Shown: positions 1-14,009 of the stretch, in pieces
Layout: each line of letters starts with the position of its first letter
Position numbering within the stretch: the first letter of the stretch is position 1
Source: the human T2T-CHM13v2.0 reference genome, Homo sapiens
Length of the DNA: 64,000 nucleotides
Direction: 5' to 3' (one strand)
Assembly: GCF_009914755.1 (NCBI RefSeq)
Contig: NC_060942.1
Notes under the pieces: generated by a model
Database searches by the model: none
What the model was told of the DNA's origin: nothing
Seen by the model: the letters and a program-made list of their open reading frames with translations, nothing else
Program-made: the position numbers and the translations under genes

Positions 1-324
1 TGCACCTCTTTGCGCTTAATGTTCCTTTTTTCCTATGAGAAGTAAACTTGCTGGTGAAGTGAACAGAAAGCTGAAGCCATCGAACAGAGGAGGCTGGGGA
101 AGCACTCTGTCCCTTCACGCCAGGGAACTGAGATGGAGGTTTTCTTATGGCAGCCTTTATTGCCCACACAGCTAGCATAATGCTTCTTGAGAAGCAGCCC
201 TGTTGGGTGCAGAGAGGGAAGTGTGGCTTTTGATGACCAGAATTTTCCCTGCAGCTCAGCTGCCCAGTGCATGGGCTGGGGAGCATGTCGGCCTGGCTGC
301 CAGCCCCACCTTTGCATTCAGCTG

Positions 325-446
325 TGGGACACTGGGCATTTGCTCTTCCCCTCCTGAGTCTCAGTTTCCTCATCTACAACCTGTGGGTCATGACAGCATC
401 TGCTTCATAGAGTCGTAAAGGACATTCGGTGAAATAATGCATGTGG
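325..446 (+). mobile_element. MIR SINE fragment (intronic)
   Basis: MIR core-like 'ctgagtctcagtttcctcatcta...tgaaataatgcatgt'; boundaries approximate. Confidence 0.7.
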
Positions 447-1466
447 TCCCATCATCGGTCCACTAGTTTCGATGGCTCTGTTGTGACCATCGCGGCACTA
501 GAGGTTGTGTGTGGGTTTTGAGCTGCACTTGTTAGAGAACCATCTGTTTGAGGAGAGAACCAACTGATTGGTTTGTATTTTATAGTTTAAAAAATACTAG
601 ACTCCCGTAATTAAAGCATTTTAATAAATTGGATCATTGCCTTTTCTTTGAATCCAAAGACAGAGTTTTCAATTAATCACAAACTAAGCTATCTAGCTCT
701 TGTCTTTCAACATGTGTGGAACAGACGAGGTTGCCCTGAGGCTTAATTCCAGTCCCATAGGTTTGTGGCCAGTGGAGGAGGCCATGGCCATGTATACAGG
801 CACATGCTTGTTGAGCATAGGAGGTTGATGTCCTCTCCTGTTGAGGTCCCTAACCAGCGATGACTTCCTCCTACCATTTGCTCAGTAGAAATCACAAAAG
901 AAACACGAAGACCCTGCCTCTGATTTCTAAGTATTTCTGATTTAGGAGCAGCAAAGAAAGAGTTAAAATGAAAGAAAGCAAAAGGGACTAATTCGGTCCA
1001 TAGACTGAAACTGAAATGAAACACATCGCTGCATCAAGTAATTTGGCCTTGAATTTGCCAAAGTTTAACGAGGAGAAATAAACACTTACACACCTGCTCA
1101 TAGAAGTGACTATTTGGAGCAAAGTCCAGCGCTCCTCCGAGATGCATTGCTGGTGATACAGCTGCGGTGGGTGAGATGCTTGAACAGTTTTGCTAGTTTA
1201 AAAGTTACAGTCTCTAACTTTGTACTTTTCTAGTTCCATGACTTGAAGCATACTTCCTATAATGCATTTCACATATATCACAAAATTATTACTATGGAAG
1301 GTAATGACAGGTCTTGGAAAAGTTATGAACAAAATTATTATGGGGAGTGAAGGTTAACACTTAAAGCAGATGTAGTATCCATTTTTGATCTCATGAAAAT
1401 ATACATAAAATTAGCTTAGGATGTATTTTAAAATGCTGGATTCCTTTTGTGTTGTAATCAATGAAT

Positions 1467-1535
1467 TTCCTTCCTTCTTCTTCTCCCTTACCGCCTCCTC
1501 CTCCTCCTCCTCCTCCTCCTCTTCTTCTTTTCTAG
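1467..1535 (+). promoter_or_regulatory. Polypyrimidine tract with (CCT)n/(CTT)n and 3' splice acceptor of the GALR1 last exon
   Basis: Nearly pure pyrimidine run ending ...tttctAG (AG at 1534-1535) immediately before in-frame GALR1 codons. Confidence 0.9.
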
Positions 1536-1853
1536 ACTGCACAGACAGTTCTGGTGGTGGTTGTGGTGTTTGGAATCTCCTGGCTGCCGCACCACATCAT
1601 CCATCTCTGGGCTGAGTTTGGAGTTTTCCCGCTGACGCCGGCTTCCTTCCTCTTCAGAATCACCGCCCACTGCCTGGCGTACAGCAATTCCTCCGTGAAT
1701 CCTATCATTTATGCATTTCTCTCTGAAAATTTCAGGAAGGCCTATAAACAAGTGTTCAAGTGTCACATTCGCAAAGATTCACACCTGAGTGATACTAAAG
1801 AAAATAAAAGTCGAATAGACACCCCACCATCAACCAATTGTACTCATGTGTGA
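1536..1853 (+). CDS. GALR1: Galanin receptor type 1, terminal coding exon (phase 0; TM6, ECL3, TM7, C-terminal tail)
   Basis: Translates TAQTVLVVVVVFGISWLPHH...AYSNSSVNPIIYAFLSENFRKAYKQVFKC...DTPPSTNCTHV*; class A GPCR SWLP and NPxxY motifs; matches the human GALR1 C-terminal 105 aa as I recall it; TGA at 1851-1853. Confidence 0.98.
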   Translation, partial: TAQTVLVVVVVFGISWLPHHIIHLWAEFGVFPLTPASFLFRITAHCLAYSNSSVNPIIYAFLSENFRKAYKQVFKCHIRKDSHLSDTKENKSRIDTPPSTNCTHV

Positions 1854-3095
1854 TAAAAGATAGAGTATCCTTATGGTTGAGTTTCCATATAAGTGGACCA
1901 GACACAGAAACAAACAGAATGAGCTAGTAAGCGATGCTGCAACTTGTTATCTTAACAAGAATTCAAGTCGTTTTAATTAAATCCCACGTGTGTTAAAAAG
2001 TACTTTGATCCATTTAGGAAATTCCTAGGTCTAGTGAGAATTATTTTTCAATTTTATTTTAGTTCTAAATTATGTTTCAGAAACAAAAGACAATGCTGTA
2101 CAGTTTTATTCCTCTTCAGACATGAAAGGGAACATATATATTCCATATATATGTTCAACTCTTCATAGATTGTGAACTGGCCCATCAATATGGTCAGGAA
2201 TATTTGCAGTCTACATTTTAAAGCCAATTTATTTAGAAAAAAAATTTGAGCTTTAATTCTTTAATTTTAAGAGAAGTAATATTGTGAACTATGTATTTTA
2301 AAATATGATCATGGACACACAATGATGAATTTTTTGGCCATTTACATAGACATATCTATTAAGTGGAAAGAAGGCTTTCTGAAGTCTGTTTGCACAGGTG
2401 GCATTTGCTTCCAATTGTAGCTAGCGCACAGAGCTTTGGAAGCCTGTCATTATGAGATACAGTCGGTTTACCTCAGGAGTCAATTCAGTGTTGTACTGGT
2501 GACCTGGGATGCAGTAGTAGGCACTGTTGATTCAAATTTATCCTGTGAAACTGGCTTTATAGAGTTAACAAAACAGAGTCAGAGACCACTGTCTTAACAG
2601 TGGAAGATGCAAATAAGTTTTTGAGAATAAAACTGGATTTTGAAATTTTACATTAGTACTTGACAAAAGTTTTCATTTTGCCTTGAATGGAACCTACTAA
2701 AAAGAGAGATGAAAAAAAATCAGCGAGGTTGATGTAGATAATAATTTCTATGGGACCAAAGACTAGACAGAATTCAGTAAGTCACATGAAGTAATGGTCA
2801 TGCCTGTACATAAAGCATATTTCATGTTTGATTTAGATGACATTCAAAAAAAATCATGGGACTGAATATACCTGGGGTATCCTATCTTGTACAAATGCAT
2901 GCTTTTTCATTAAATTTGTAATGATGTTTAATGAACATTTCCACCAAACATTATTTCCTCTAAAAATGTTAATTTGGGGTTAAAACCATCACCATTTGAA
3001 TTTCAAATGTAGTTTTCATGACAATTTTATATTGATGTGTGTTTACAATGAGAAAATGGCATGAAAATATTAAATTGTCTTGTATCGGAAAAGTA
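1854..3095 (+). other. GALR1: GALR1 proximal 3' UTR
   Basis: AT-rich, repeat-free sequence after the stop codon; AATAAA at 2626-2631 and ATTAAA at 3069-3074 followed by T/GT-rich sequence; the end point is inferred. Confidence 0.65.
3069..3074 (+). terminator. Candidate proximal polyadenylation signal ATTAAA
   Basis: Hexamer with T-rich downstream sequence (3095-3101, 3148-3168). Confidence 0.45.
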
Positions 3096-3180
3096 CTTTT
3101 CAGACTGTAAGACTTTGATATGTTTTAGGAGGCAACAAAAGCAAGAAGTTTTTTTTTTGTTTGTTTGTTAAAAAGGATTT

Positions 3181-3465
3181 GGCCAAGCACAGTGGCTCAT
3201 GCCTGTAATTCCAGCACTTTGGGAGGTCCAGCTGTGTGGAATGTACTTGAGCTCAGGAGTTTGAGACCAGTGTGGGCAACATGGCAAAACTCGGTCTCTA
3301 CTAAAAATACAAAAATTAGCTGGGTGTGGTGGCGCACGCCTGTAGTTTCAGCTACTCTGGAGGCTGATGTGGGGGATCACCTGAGCCCGGGAGGTCCAGG
3401 ATGCAGTCAGTCAAGACTGCACCACTGCACTTCAGCCTGGATGACAGAGTAAGACTCTGTCTAAA

Positions 3466-3466
<1 letters not shown>
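3181..3466 (+). mobile_element. Alu (diverged, AluJ-like)
   Basis: ggccaagcacagtggctcatgcctgtaa... through gactctgtct; dimeric structure with A-rich linker. Confidence 0.95.

Positions 3467-3511
<45 letters not shown>
3466..3511. repeat. Compound (TA)n(TG)n microsatellite in the Alu tail
   Basis: atatatatatatat followed by about 16 TG units. Confidence 0.97.
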
Positions 3512-3514
<3 letters not shown>

Positions 3515-6308
3515 GTACCTCTGTGCCAAATCAGCACTCCACATGAAACATCAAATTTTAGATAAAAATGCAAACTTGACATAAGCCTTTGGCATGCTAA
3601 TTTTTTTAGCTCATTCACTTACTTTCACTAATCATATTTCAGTGACTAGTGTTTACATTTGCAATGTTATTAATAACTCTCTGGATAAAAGGAAAGAAAA
3701 ACGTTAGAAAGATTTTGAAGTGATGTATTATGTTTGTTGACTAGAAGAAGAAATTGTGTTTATGTGTAAGTGAGGGTCTTAAAGAATATGTCCTTTGCAT
3801 CGAATGTTTTTTGCACTTTATTCAAATATATAGGAGCAGAAAAATTTTATCCTGACGATGATACTTCCTGTGATTTGTGGAACTTGAAGTTGCTGTTGCA
3901 AACTCCAGAACAACTTCTTTGGGTGTGAACTCACAAAACTGTGTAAAGAAGTGCCTTCTTGTTGTGTTTGAGTTTGCATGAATGGAAATGATTTCTTGCA
4001 CCATGGCTATTTCTTTGTTTTCTCCTTCTGATCTGTAAGCATATAAATGGAAGTATTTAAAAAAATACTGTAGCTAATGTTGCTATTTTCTAGAGGCATG
4101 CCGAAAATGTGCTGTGCCTTTGGTCCTTCCCAGATGCTACTGGCACGTCTGAAGCTTGAGGCATGGTACAAAAAGTAATAGCTTGCGCTTGAAACCCCCC
4201 CCCCCCCCGCCACTTTGCTAAATGTAAATGCTAATTGTTGCATTTTACAGTTAGATAGGATATACTTCCTGCATATTGTCATTCTAATCAATTCCTCTTA
4301 CTCAGAGTTTTGGCTGAGTCTACTTCTAAAACAAATTTTGATAGGGATAATGACATCTTCTGCAAAGATCTAAACCTCTACAAAATTTTCTGAATAAAGA
4401 GTTTCAGAAGAACTCGTAAACAGAATGAAATTAACCAGAGAAGTATAGGAGTGTGTTGCGTTTGCCAAGCATCTGCTTCCCAGCTAGATTTCCCCCTAAT
4501 ATACAATGACCAATTCTGAAGCACCTTCTTTTCCGTCACTAAATAAAGACAGCTTCCCAAGGACACACTTTTTCTCCCAGCATCAGGTTGAGGGAGAAAT
4601 ATTGCTTATACCTTTGAAGTCAGGCTGCTTGAAACTCACATTTTCAGTTTACTTCAAAGAAAACTGATGCTTTCTAAGCAGATTTGGCTGTCTCAGTGCC
4701 CAAGGCAGCTGTTATTTTCCTAGGCTTTTTGCTTTCACGTAAGGAGACAGGCTTTGGGATATTTAGTAGCTGAAATGCTTGCTGTTTCACATGCATAAGC
4801 AACCATTTCAGTGTCCTGCTGATGAATACAGTGATGTGGATGGAAACGTTTTCTTGTCCTATATCCTGGGGATAGGAAACAGATTCTCTGTGCTCTTCTG
4901 ACCGGGTATGTACTCAGCAACATGGGGGACTGAGGCCATTTTCTGAATACTTTAGGTAAATTACTTTTGCTTTTAACTAAATTGTTTTATTTTACACATT
5001 GGGAGTAAAACCATTTCCGCCCCATCCCAATCTCTTGTGCTTTTATCTTTTTTATCCTAACTCACTTCTATCCAGATTTCCTCTCGATAATATTTACCAC
5101 AGATAAATTCATCTTTCAGCGCAGATATAACAAATCAGAGTGGGGAGGAGAGATGCTTAAGGAACTGCATGAGTCATGCAAGGCTCAGAACTTCTTGTGG
5201 CTCAACTCGAAATCATATTGCATTCCTGCATTCTCCCAGATGCTTTGAGGCAGTGCAGCGATCATTCTAATATGTTAACTGAGACCCAAGATCTCAGCAG
5301 GAGAGGACAGCTTATCCAAGCATCCCTTTCCTTTTCAGTCATGGCCATGGCTATCTGTAAACACCAAAATGCTCATGCTGAAGCAGCATTACATTGAGGA
5401 AAATAACCTATTGGGCAGCTTCATCATGTTCTTGCTTTAAATGATTTATCAAATACATGTATGTAAACTACATAGTCACTAACTGCGAAAATACATCAAT
5501 GTGGCTACTTCCTCTGGAAAGTTACTGTCTAAAATTTGTAAATTTTAATCTTCACTGTTGCACATATTTTCCATGTCTTAAATTTGTAAGTGGGTTTCTA
5601 TGAAAGGTAATCGTATTCTTCTTGACCATTAAAAATGTTGCATGTAAGGCTATTTCTCAAGTAGATGTTAATGACTTGTTTAATTATTGACTTACTTATT
5701 TTAAAAGCTGTATGTAGTAAGAACAAGTAGGTGGTTTAAAATTCAGATAGTTACATGTTGGCCTGGAAAGAACAAAATTATGAAATGGTAATTATATCTG
5801 ATTTTATTTAACCATATTTTAATATTTTCTCTTTTAGAAGTGGAAAAGTTGAGCCTGAGGAAGAATTTAAAATGCTTAAGACATCTTTGATGGGGGCTGT
5901 ATTTGCATTAGGCAGAGGTGTCTAAGGAGAGTGTATCGTGTATTGTGATGCATTAGCAGGATGTTTTGTTCATCGACTTGTGAAAGTGCTGTGGATAATA
6001 GATGGTGGTTTCTTTTCTTAGTGTGGCAGGTTCACTCACATTCATGTTTTTGACTTTAGCTGCCATCCTGGGGTTCTGAGGGTAGCATGTCTGTTTGACT
6101 GGGCAAGACCCTCACATACCTTGGCAGGCCCTGGCTTTCGTTTCTCTGTGGTGCCTGGTGCTACTCACAGTGCTGACTCACGGGCAGATGCTCCCCATCC
6201 TTCCCCATAGGCCCTGTTCCCGCATCCGATGATTCTCAGGTTTTGTTCTAGGTGCAGAAATAGTGGGAGAGGCCATAATCGTGAATGATGAATAAGAAGG
6301 GAAGGTGG

Positions 6309-6631
<323 letters not shown>

Positions 6632-9403
6632 TTATCTTTGTATTCACTGGAAATAACCTCAGCTGAATTTTCTCTCTGAATCTTTTCAATGTTGGCTCCA
6701 TTTGCCATACTCAGACAATTGCTTGAAGAGCTGAACTGTTAGCTCAAGATTTCGTTGGCACTGTTGGATAGAAAGCCTCTCCTTTTCTGCTGGAGAAGAG
6801 ATTTCTCAGGCCAAGTTGTGTAGCTCCAAATTCTCCGCAATTAGAGAAGGCACAGTAAAGAAAAGATCCCTTGCTGATGGAATGGACTGGAACTGAGCTC
6901 CACTGTTTAAATTTTTGACTCTCAGGTAGTGGTGATCGTTATGGTAACCCATGAACTCGGATGAATTTCGGGGCCTGCTGTGGGTTTTCTATGGGACACC
7001 ATATACCACAGTACTGTATTTCAAAATATTGGATATTGATTATGAACACTGGAACTATTTATGTGTCATCATTCCAAAGACCATTGTGATCTATGAAGCT
7101 CCTTTATTTGCTGGCTAGATTGTCCAAAAACAAGCTCACTTGTTTTTGGGCAATCTAGCCAAGGTGTCACATAATGGAGAAAAATGCAGATGGTCCTGTG
7201 GCTGGTGTGAATGAAGAATGACCTGGGCCCAACATAGAACTTTTCCAGTATGGTGAGCATCAAAGTAGGCAGACATCCAAAAGCCAAGTGAAGGGCAGAT
7301 AGATCCCCAGGTGCCACCCAGGCTCTGCAGGCAAAGCTCTCAGGGCCCCATTTGTGTTTGTGTGGCCTGCACTGTGTAAGTGTCGTTCCCCTAGGACTTC
7401 TGCAATGGGATACCAAAGATGACGTGTAAGGCCTTCAGTATATAATGGACTTGTGCCAAGTACCTAAGGGTTCACTGCCTTGTTTGAGGAATCGCAGAGC
7501 ATCATTTCTGATTGGTTCTTAGAGCCTGCATCTTGTACCACTGGGACTTCTGGAGACCTCTGGGGACCGTTGACTATGCTGGGAGGGTGGAGAAATGAAG
7601 CTGATGGCAGAAGCAGGCTCCCAGCTCCTCTTCTTCTGCTCAGCCAGGTGATTCTTACCTCCATTGGCCTTTGGATGTCTGCGTAATAATTTGTTGAGAA
7701 TCATTAGAGAACAACTAATCCAAAAAATCTATCATCCTTTATTTGTGTTGACTTTCTGATTATGCCTTCATTCACTCTTTTTATTACTTATACACATGTC
7801 TGTTTTTATTCTTCCCTACTCTTTTCTTAAAGTTGGTCATATTTCTACACTTGAGATCTTCCAGTTTCTGTGAATGTTGAGGGGTTCACAAAGTGGCTTG
7901 GCCTCAGACCTCTATATCCTTGTTGTTCTGTTTGGACTTAGGACTTTTTTCCTGGCTATCCTGCCAATACTTTTCCATCTAACAGAAACGCAAGCTTCAA
8001 GAGCAAGTTATTTTTATAACAGATCATGTGAGCAATTCCTCCATAGCATTGGTTGTAGAACAGGTCAGTTGGCATGTGGCCTCCTGAGGGCCTTGCATGG
8101 GGTTCTGGACCCAGCGGGGGCCACATCTCTGAGAATTCGTTCCCTGTGGGTGTCTGGGGTGCATCGTTACTTCTGAGATGTTATGACTCAGCAGATGAGA
8201 TTTGTCCGTCTGCTCAGTGAGAGGAATTCCAATGCTGGGTCTTGACTCCCGCTGCAGGGAGCTCTCTGGGCCCGGGCATGTTGGATGGAGTTGTGATGGG
8301 TGTGCCTCCCTCGGACTTACTCTGGCCAGGAACTGCATCTGCTCCTCTAAGGAGATTTGAGCAGGTGAATGGAGTTTCTGTCATTCCTGGTCTAGAGTTC
8401 ATGTGTGAAGGTCAAATATAGGTGGGGACTTGGCAGCACACAACTCTGAGTGAAAGACACGATCAGCGTGATAGACAGGTGTCTTGCTATGTGACTTGCC
8501 ATTGCGGTCACTGGTTATACAAAGTCTCTGTTTAGAAATAGCAAAGATCCAAGAAAGCAGAAGAGTGGGGGTGGGAGTGGGGCTAAATGTGTTGCTCTTC
8601 AGTGGAAATCTGCCCATTTTGTTGAAAAGAAAGGAAACAGGGTACACAAATGCTGTTTGGGAACATTGTGTCAGGATCACCTAGCTTTGACGATGAGAGT
8701 GTTTTTTAAAACGGAAACCATGTCATTTTCCTTCTAGAGAGAATTTCCTGGTATGTCAATGTAGCTTCAGAAATAGGTCTCAGTGTTCTGGCTCAGGGCG
8801 AGGTTACAAAAGAGGCTTCGGTAGCGTCCTCAGGCCCGCGTGCCCTGTGTTCTTAACAGCCTCATGGGGCCTAGAGGAACTTTTACATGGTAGACACTGA
8901 GTGAATACACAGATTCCTAGATTTGAGATATTTTCAAAATAGGGCTAGCATGTATAAAGAATCAAACTTAGTCATTCCATTGAAGTGAAATTGGATTATA
9001 ATTAAAAATATTTATAAGCCAGAAATGGTTGTGTAAATGTTAGTTTTCATATTTTGGTTTTCTAAGAGTCACATTTTATTGCCATATAGCACAAAATTTG
9101 ACAATGAGGTATAGAAATCCAAAATTTTCTTGGGTACAATTGAACAAATCTTTTAATCTCTTCAGTTCTATCTGCCTAAGTGAGGAGAGTAGTTGTGGAG
9201 CATTGTAGAAAGGATAAAATGAACATTAGGATACTGAGGGTTTGGTCTGAATTCTGTTTTTTCATTGCTACTGGAAGTGCTGTCTTTGGTATCCTCATGC
9301 ATACAAGAAGGATTTGGAAAATGTCAGTGAGTTTGAAACTGGCTGTACAGTTGAATGAGCTGGGCAGTTGAAAGTACCCGTGATGCTCTGGCCTTACCTT
9401 AGA

Positions 9404-9560
9404 TCAGAGATTCTTATATTTTATCAAGCATCAGAATCACCTGCAGAGCTTGTTGAATGCAGATTGTTGGCCACATCTCCAGAATTTCTCATTCAGTAGA
9501 TTTGGGATGGAGCCCAACGATTTGCAGCTGGTCCAGAGACCACCTTGTGAGATCTACTAC
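9404..9560. mobile_element. MER5A-like hAT DNA transposon
   Basis: 'gcatcagaatcacctgcagagcttgtt...gcagattg...agaatttctcattcagtagatttgggatggagccc...ctggtccagagaccac'. Confidence 0.75.
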
Positions 9561-10184
9561 CTGATTTAATTGGTTTGAAGGTGAAGGTGGAGTCCAGGCT
9601 TTTTAAAACAGTGTCTGTATTTTCAGAGCAGATAACCAATCAAATTGAGCAGATGGTCTTTTAAAGTCTAAGCTTCTATGGTTCTGTGAAAAAAATTGTT
9701 TACATGGAATTTAAATCATTCAGAATTTTTATTGCTTACATTGATCAGATCCATAAAATATCTGTTTAACTATTACATTACCCTAGCTACAGAAATTTGT
9801 AAGTTTTCAAAAGCATGAAGGAGTTTAATAACTTGTAAGACTTTCAGAGATTGTTATAATTTTTGCCTCAAAAAAATAAAATAAAATAGCTTGGTGGAAA
9901 AGAGCACCTATGCATTCAATTTGTTTCCCTCAAATGCTAAGGGTTAAAATAGTACTCAAAATTGTTAGATGTGAAGTTTTGAACCCAGTGTTTAAACTCA
10001 GTGTTTAAATATTTGCATGTCTTTCTATGTGACTGCTAATTTTTAACTACATTATTATCTCTAAGAGATAAATAAACTTTCCCTGTACTTAAAGTTTTTA
10101 AATTAAGTATCTTCTGATAACATAAGTAGTATGAGTAAGGAAAAAAAATCTATGTGTACTGTATTTTTAAATTTTAATAAGGTT

Positions 10185-10547
10185 TGATATGGTTTGGCTC
10201 TGTGTCTCCACCCAAATCTCACCTTGAATTGTAATAATCCTCACGTGTCAAGGACCAGCAGGTGGAGATAATTGAATTATGGGGCCGGTTTCTCTCATAC
10301 TGTTCTTGCGATAGTGAGTTCTCAGGAGATCTGATGGTTTTATAAGCATCTAGCATTTCCCCTGCTGGTACATTCTCTCTTCGCCTGCTGCCATCCATGT
10401 AAGATGTGACTTGCTCCTCCTTGCTCTCTGCCATGATTGTGAGGCTTCCCCACCACTTGGAAATGTAAGTCAATTAAACCACTTTCTTTAGTAAATTGCC
10501 CAGTCTCGGGTATGTCTTTATCAGCAATGTGAAAACGGACTAATACA
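10185..10547 (+). mobile_element. THE1-family MaLR solo LTR
   Basis: Starts tgatatggtttggctctgtgtc, ends gaaaacggactaataca; internal aattaaa signal. Confidence 0.93.
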
Positions 10548-10827
10548 ACGTGATTGTTTAAATGCTGATATGAAAGCAGTGCTGAATGTGGATCTTCTTA
10601 TGCCAGATACTGTTATAATTATTCTCTAGAGAGCTGGCCATACAATTTATCTCATTATTTATAGATCTAGCATGAATGCCAGTAAGCTGACAAAGCCAAA
10701 AGCCAAAAACTAAGAGTTTGTATTAATCCAGTTAATGCCAAATCTAGTCATCCTCCATCATCCTACCTCTGTGTTCTGCATGAAATATAATTGGCCTTTG
10801 TGATGGAACCAGTTTTCTTGCATTGAA

Positions 10828-10833
10828 AATAAA
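10828..10833 (+). terminator. Candidate distal GALR1 polyadenylation signal AATAAA
   Basis: AATAAA followed by 'gtgtgcttttttt' about 30 nt downstream; compatible with my unverified recollection of a ~9-kb annotated last exon. Confidence 0.4.
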
Positions 10834-11394
10834 ATTTGTTCCTCAAAATGCTCTAGTTTAAGAGTGTGCTTTTTTTCCCAAACAAAATGGAAATAATTTT
10901 CTGTTCCCATTAAGTTCTTGAAGACACTGTATTCTTTAGTTACTGCATATTTGAGAATATTAATTTGTTGCCTTTATACCTGAAAAACAATGTGAGATGA
11001 AATTATTTTATTGCAGTATGTTTTTATTAAGATATCTCTAGACCCAGCTTAGAATTTTGAATGTTACTAGAAAAAAGTCAGAAGGCAAACTGATGCCCCC
11101 ATTTTAGGTAACTAGCTTTTTTCCACTTGGATGAGCTGAGATTTTTAGAGTTACTGATGCCTGATACCTTCACCAGAATGTGTTTTCATCACTCTCTAAT
11201 ACCTGAATATTCTTCATAAATAGAATTATATTTCCATAAACATGAAAGGGACATTTAGACTGGTAAAGTGACCATTTAGTCTGGCAATTCCAAATCTTTT
11301 TTCATGTAAGGATTCTTTTACAAATATAAAATTATTCCCAGACTTTCATATGACAATAATGTACTTTTAGTATATGTCAATAAATACAAGATGA

Positions 11395-11950
11395 AAAATA
11401 AAATGAAAAATAAAACTACAGACCTCTATCTCTCGTGGATATAAACACAAAATCTTCAACAAAATGTTGATAAATCATATCCAGAAAGATTTAAAAAGAA
11501 TTATATACCATTACCGAGAAGGGTTTATTCCAGGAATGCAAGGCTGGATCAACAGTGAAAAATCAATCTATGTAATCTGCCATATTAGCAGCCTACTAAA
11601 GGAAAATTGGACTATCATAATTGACACAGAAGAAGCATTTGACAAAATCCAGCACCATTCATGATTAAAAAAATTCTCAGTAACCTAGGAATAGAGGAAA
11701 ATATCCTCAATTTAATAAATAGCATCTACAATAAAACTCTAGAGCTAACATGTTTTAATAGTGAAAGACAGACTGCTTTTCCCTTAGATAAGGAAAAAGG
11801 CAAGGACATCTGTTCTTATTTAACGTGGTATGGAAGTTGTAGTCACTGCAATAAGGCAAGAAAAAAAGGAAAAGGCATATAGAGCAGAAAAGAGGGATTA
11901 AATTGTCTCTATTTACAGCGGACATGATTATCTATATAGAAAATCCCCCT
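11395..11950 (+). mobile_element. Old L1 (L1M) ORF2 reverse-transcriptase fragment
   Basis: Degenerate translations [11 protein letters not shown]...IDTEEAFDKIQH and MIKKILSNLGIEEN. Confidence 0.9.
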
Positions 11951-12180
11951 GGCTGGGTGCGGTGGCTCACGCCTGTAATCCCAGCACTCTGGGAGGCTGA
12001 AGTGGTCAGATCATGAGGTCAGGAGTTCGAGACCTGCCTGAGCAACATGGTGAAACCCTGTCTCTACTAAAAATAGAAAAATTAGATGGGTGTGGTGATG
12101 GGCGCCTGTAATCCCAGCTACTTGGGAGGCTGAGGCAGGAGAATTGCTTGAACCCAGGAGGTGGAGGTGGCAGTGAGCCT
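11951..12180 (+). mobile_element. Alu (AluS-like), 3'-truncated
   Basis: Alu sequence stops at gcagtgagcct with no final segment or tail. Confidence 0.93.
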
Positions 12181-12405
12181 AAAATAAAGGACTTGGCCAC
12201 AGAATATTACATCTGGTTCCTGAGATTGTTCCAGTCTAGTATCTCCTTTCTGTAGTGATCAAAATTTTGAAAGACACTGTGATAAAATCAATAGATTTCA
12301 AGTGTAATGACTTTTAATATTGTCTGCTTTACAGTGACTTCCTCTAGCCACATCTGTAATGCTGCAGAGAGTTGCCTAATTTTTCTTTCCACTTTGGCTT
12401 GCTGA

Positions 12406-12909
<504 letters not shown>

Positions 12910-14007
12910 TCATTTATGTTTTTTTTAAGTGAAAAATATTTATTTAAAGAATTCATAGACTCAGCAGTTAAGAGAATATTATATCTTCAGTTGAAGCCAT
13001 TTTAAAACTGCATATTCCAATATCATCATCTCAAGGTGTAGGTACTATTTAATGATAGAATAAAATATTACTTAATATTGCAGGAAAAAATCCAGGGCTG
13101 ATGGTTTTCTTGTAAATGCATAAACACGGGGATATATGATGGGTTAGGTAGTTGCTGGGGCATCCATCCCGTGAGGGTGTGTTGCAGCTCGAGGTGTCTT
13201 CCTCGTCCCCTTTCCGTAGCATCGCACCTTTTACCTCACTGGCCTCTCACCAGACAGGCTTCTCTTGGCCTTGCACAAAGTCCCTCCACCGTCTGTGTCT
13301 TTGAGGACTTCCCTGGGCTCTTCTGATCCGTTGCCCTCCTTCATAATCAGGGCCTGACTCCCATGGCTTTGCCTCCAGCCCCTTGCAACTCACCTGCTCA
13401 TCCGTCCTGTGTTTAGTTGAACTCAGAACTCTCACTATGCTCATCCAAGAAGCCCATCCACACGTTGATGGGATGTAGAGAAGGAATTCCCTGCCTCTGT
13501 CTCCTGACCCTTGACACCTGCAATCTCTTTTTAGATAATTGGTAGATATTGGTGGGTGCAGGCAGTAATGTTCCTTTCCTTGTTCTTAAACCATTCATAA
13601 CTATAACAACAGGAATTTGAGAAGGATTTTCAGGCTGTTTCTGAAGGTGGTGCGTCCTCTGCTCTGGGAGCCCCCTTAGTCCCTTGCACTCTTCCTTGGC
13701 TGGGATGTTGTAGCACGTATCCATTGAGATAGCTTCTAAGGTTCTGGGATTCTAAAGTTTGGGGGACCAGGCCTGAGAAATGGTGTTCATGAAATAATTT
13801 CATGCTGGTGTTATTATTTTTTGTACATAGAGCTTTCCTGAGGAGTATATTATTAAGTTTTAAAGCTGTCATTTAAAAAACTTAAATTGGTACACTGAAA
13901 GCTGCTAATTGCCTTTTATTCTATTTTGTAAAATGTGATTAAACACATTTGACCTTTTGGGAATAACTGAGAGAAGAAAATGCTTGCAGAGACTTCAAAT
14001 AAAGGTA

Positions 14008-14009
<2 letters not shown>

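Noticed and set aside
1488-1766. Antisense 92-aa ORF ending in poly-Arg, and the poly-Ser ORF 1421-1615
   Set aside because: By-products of the (CCT)n tract and of the GALR1 exon's other frames
1803-1811. N-K-S glycosylation sequon created by Asn334
   Set aside because: Lies in the cytoplasmic C-terminal tail, so it is not accessible to N-glycosylation
4195-4208. C14 homopolymer (G run on the minus strand)
   Set aside because: Isolated mononucleotide run; C-rich on the transcribed sense strand; nothing else supports a function
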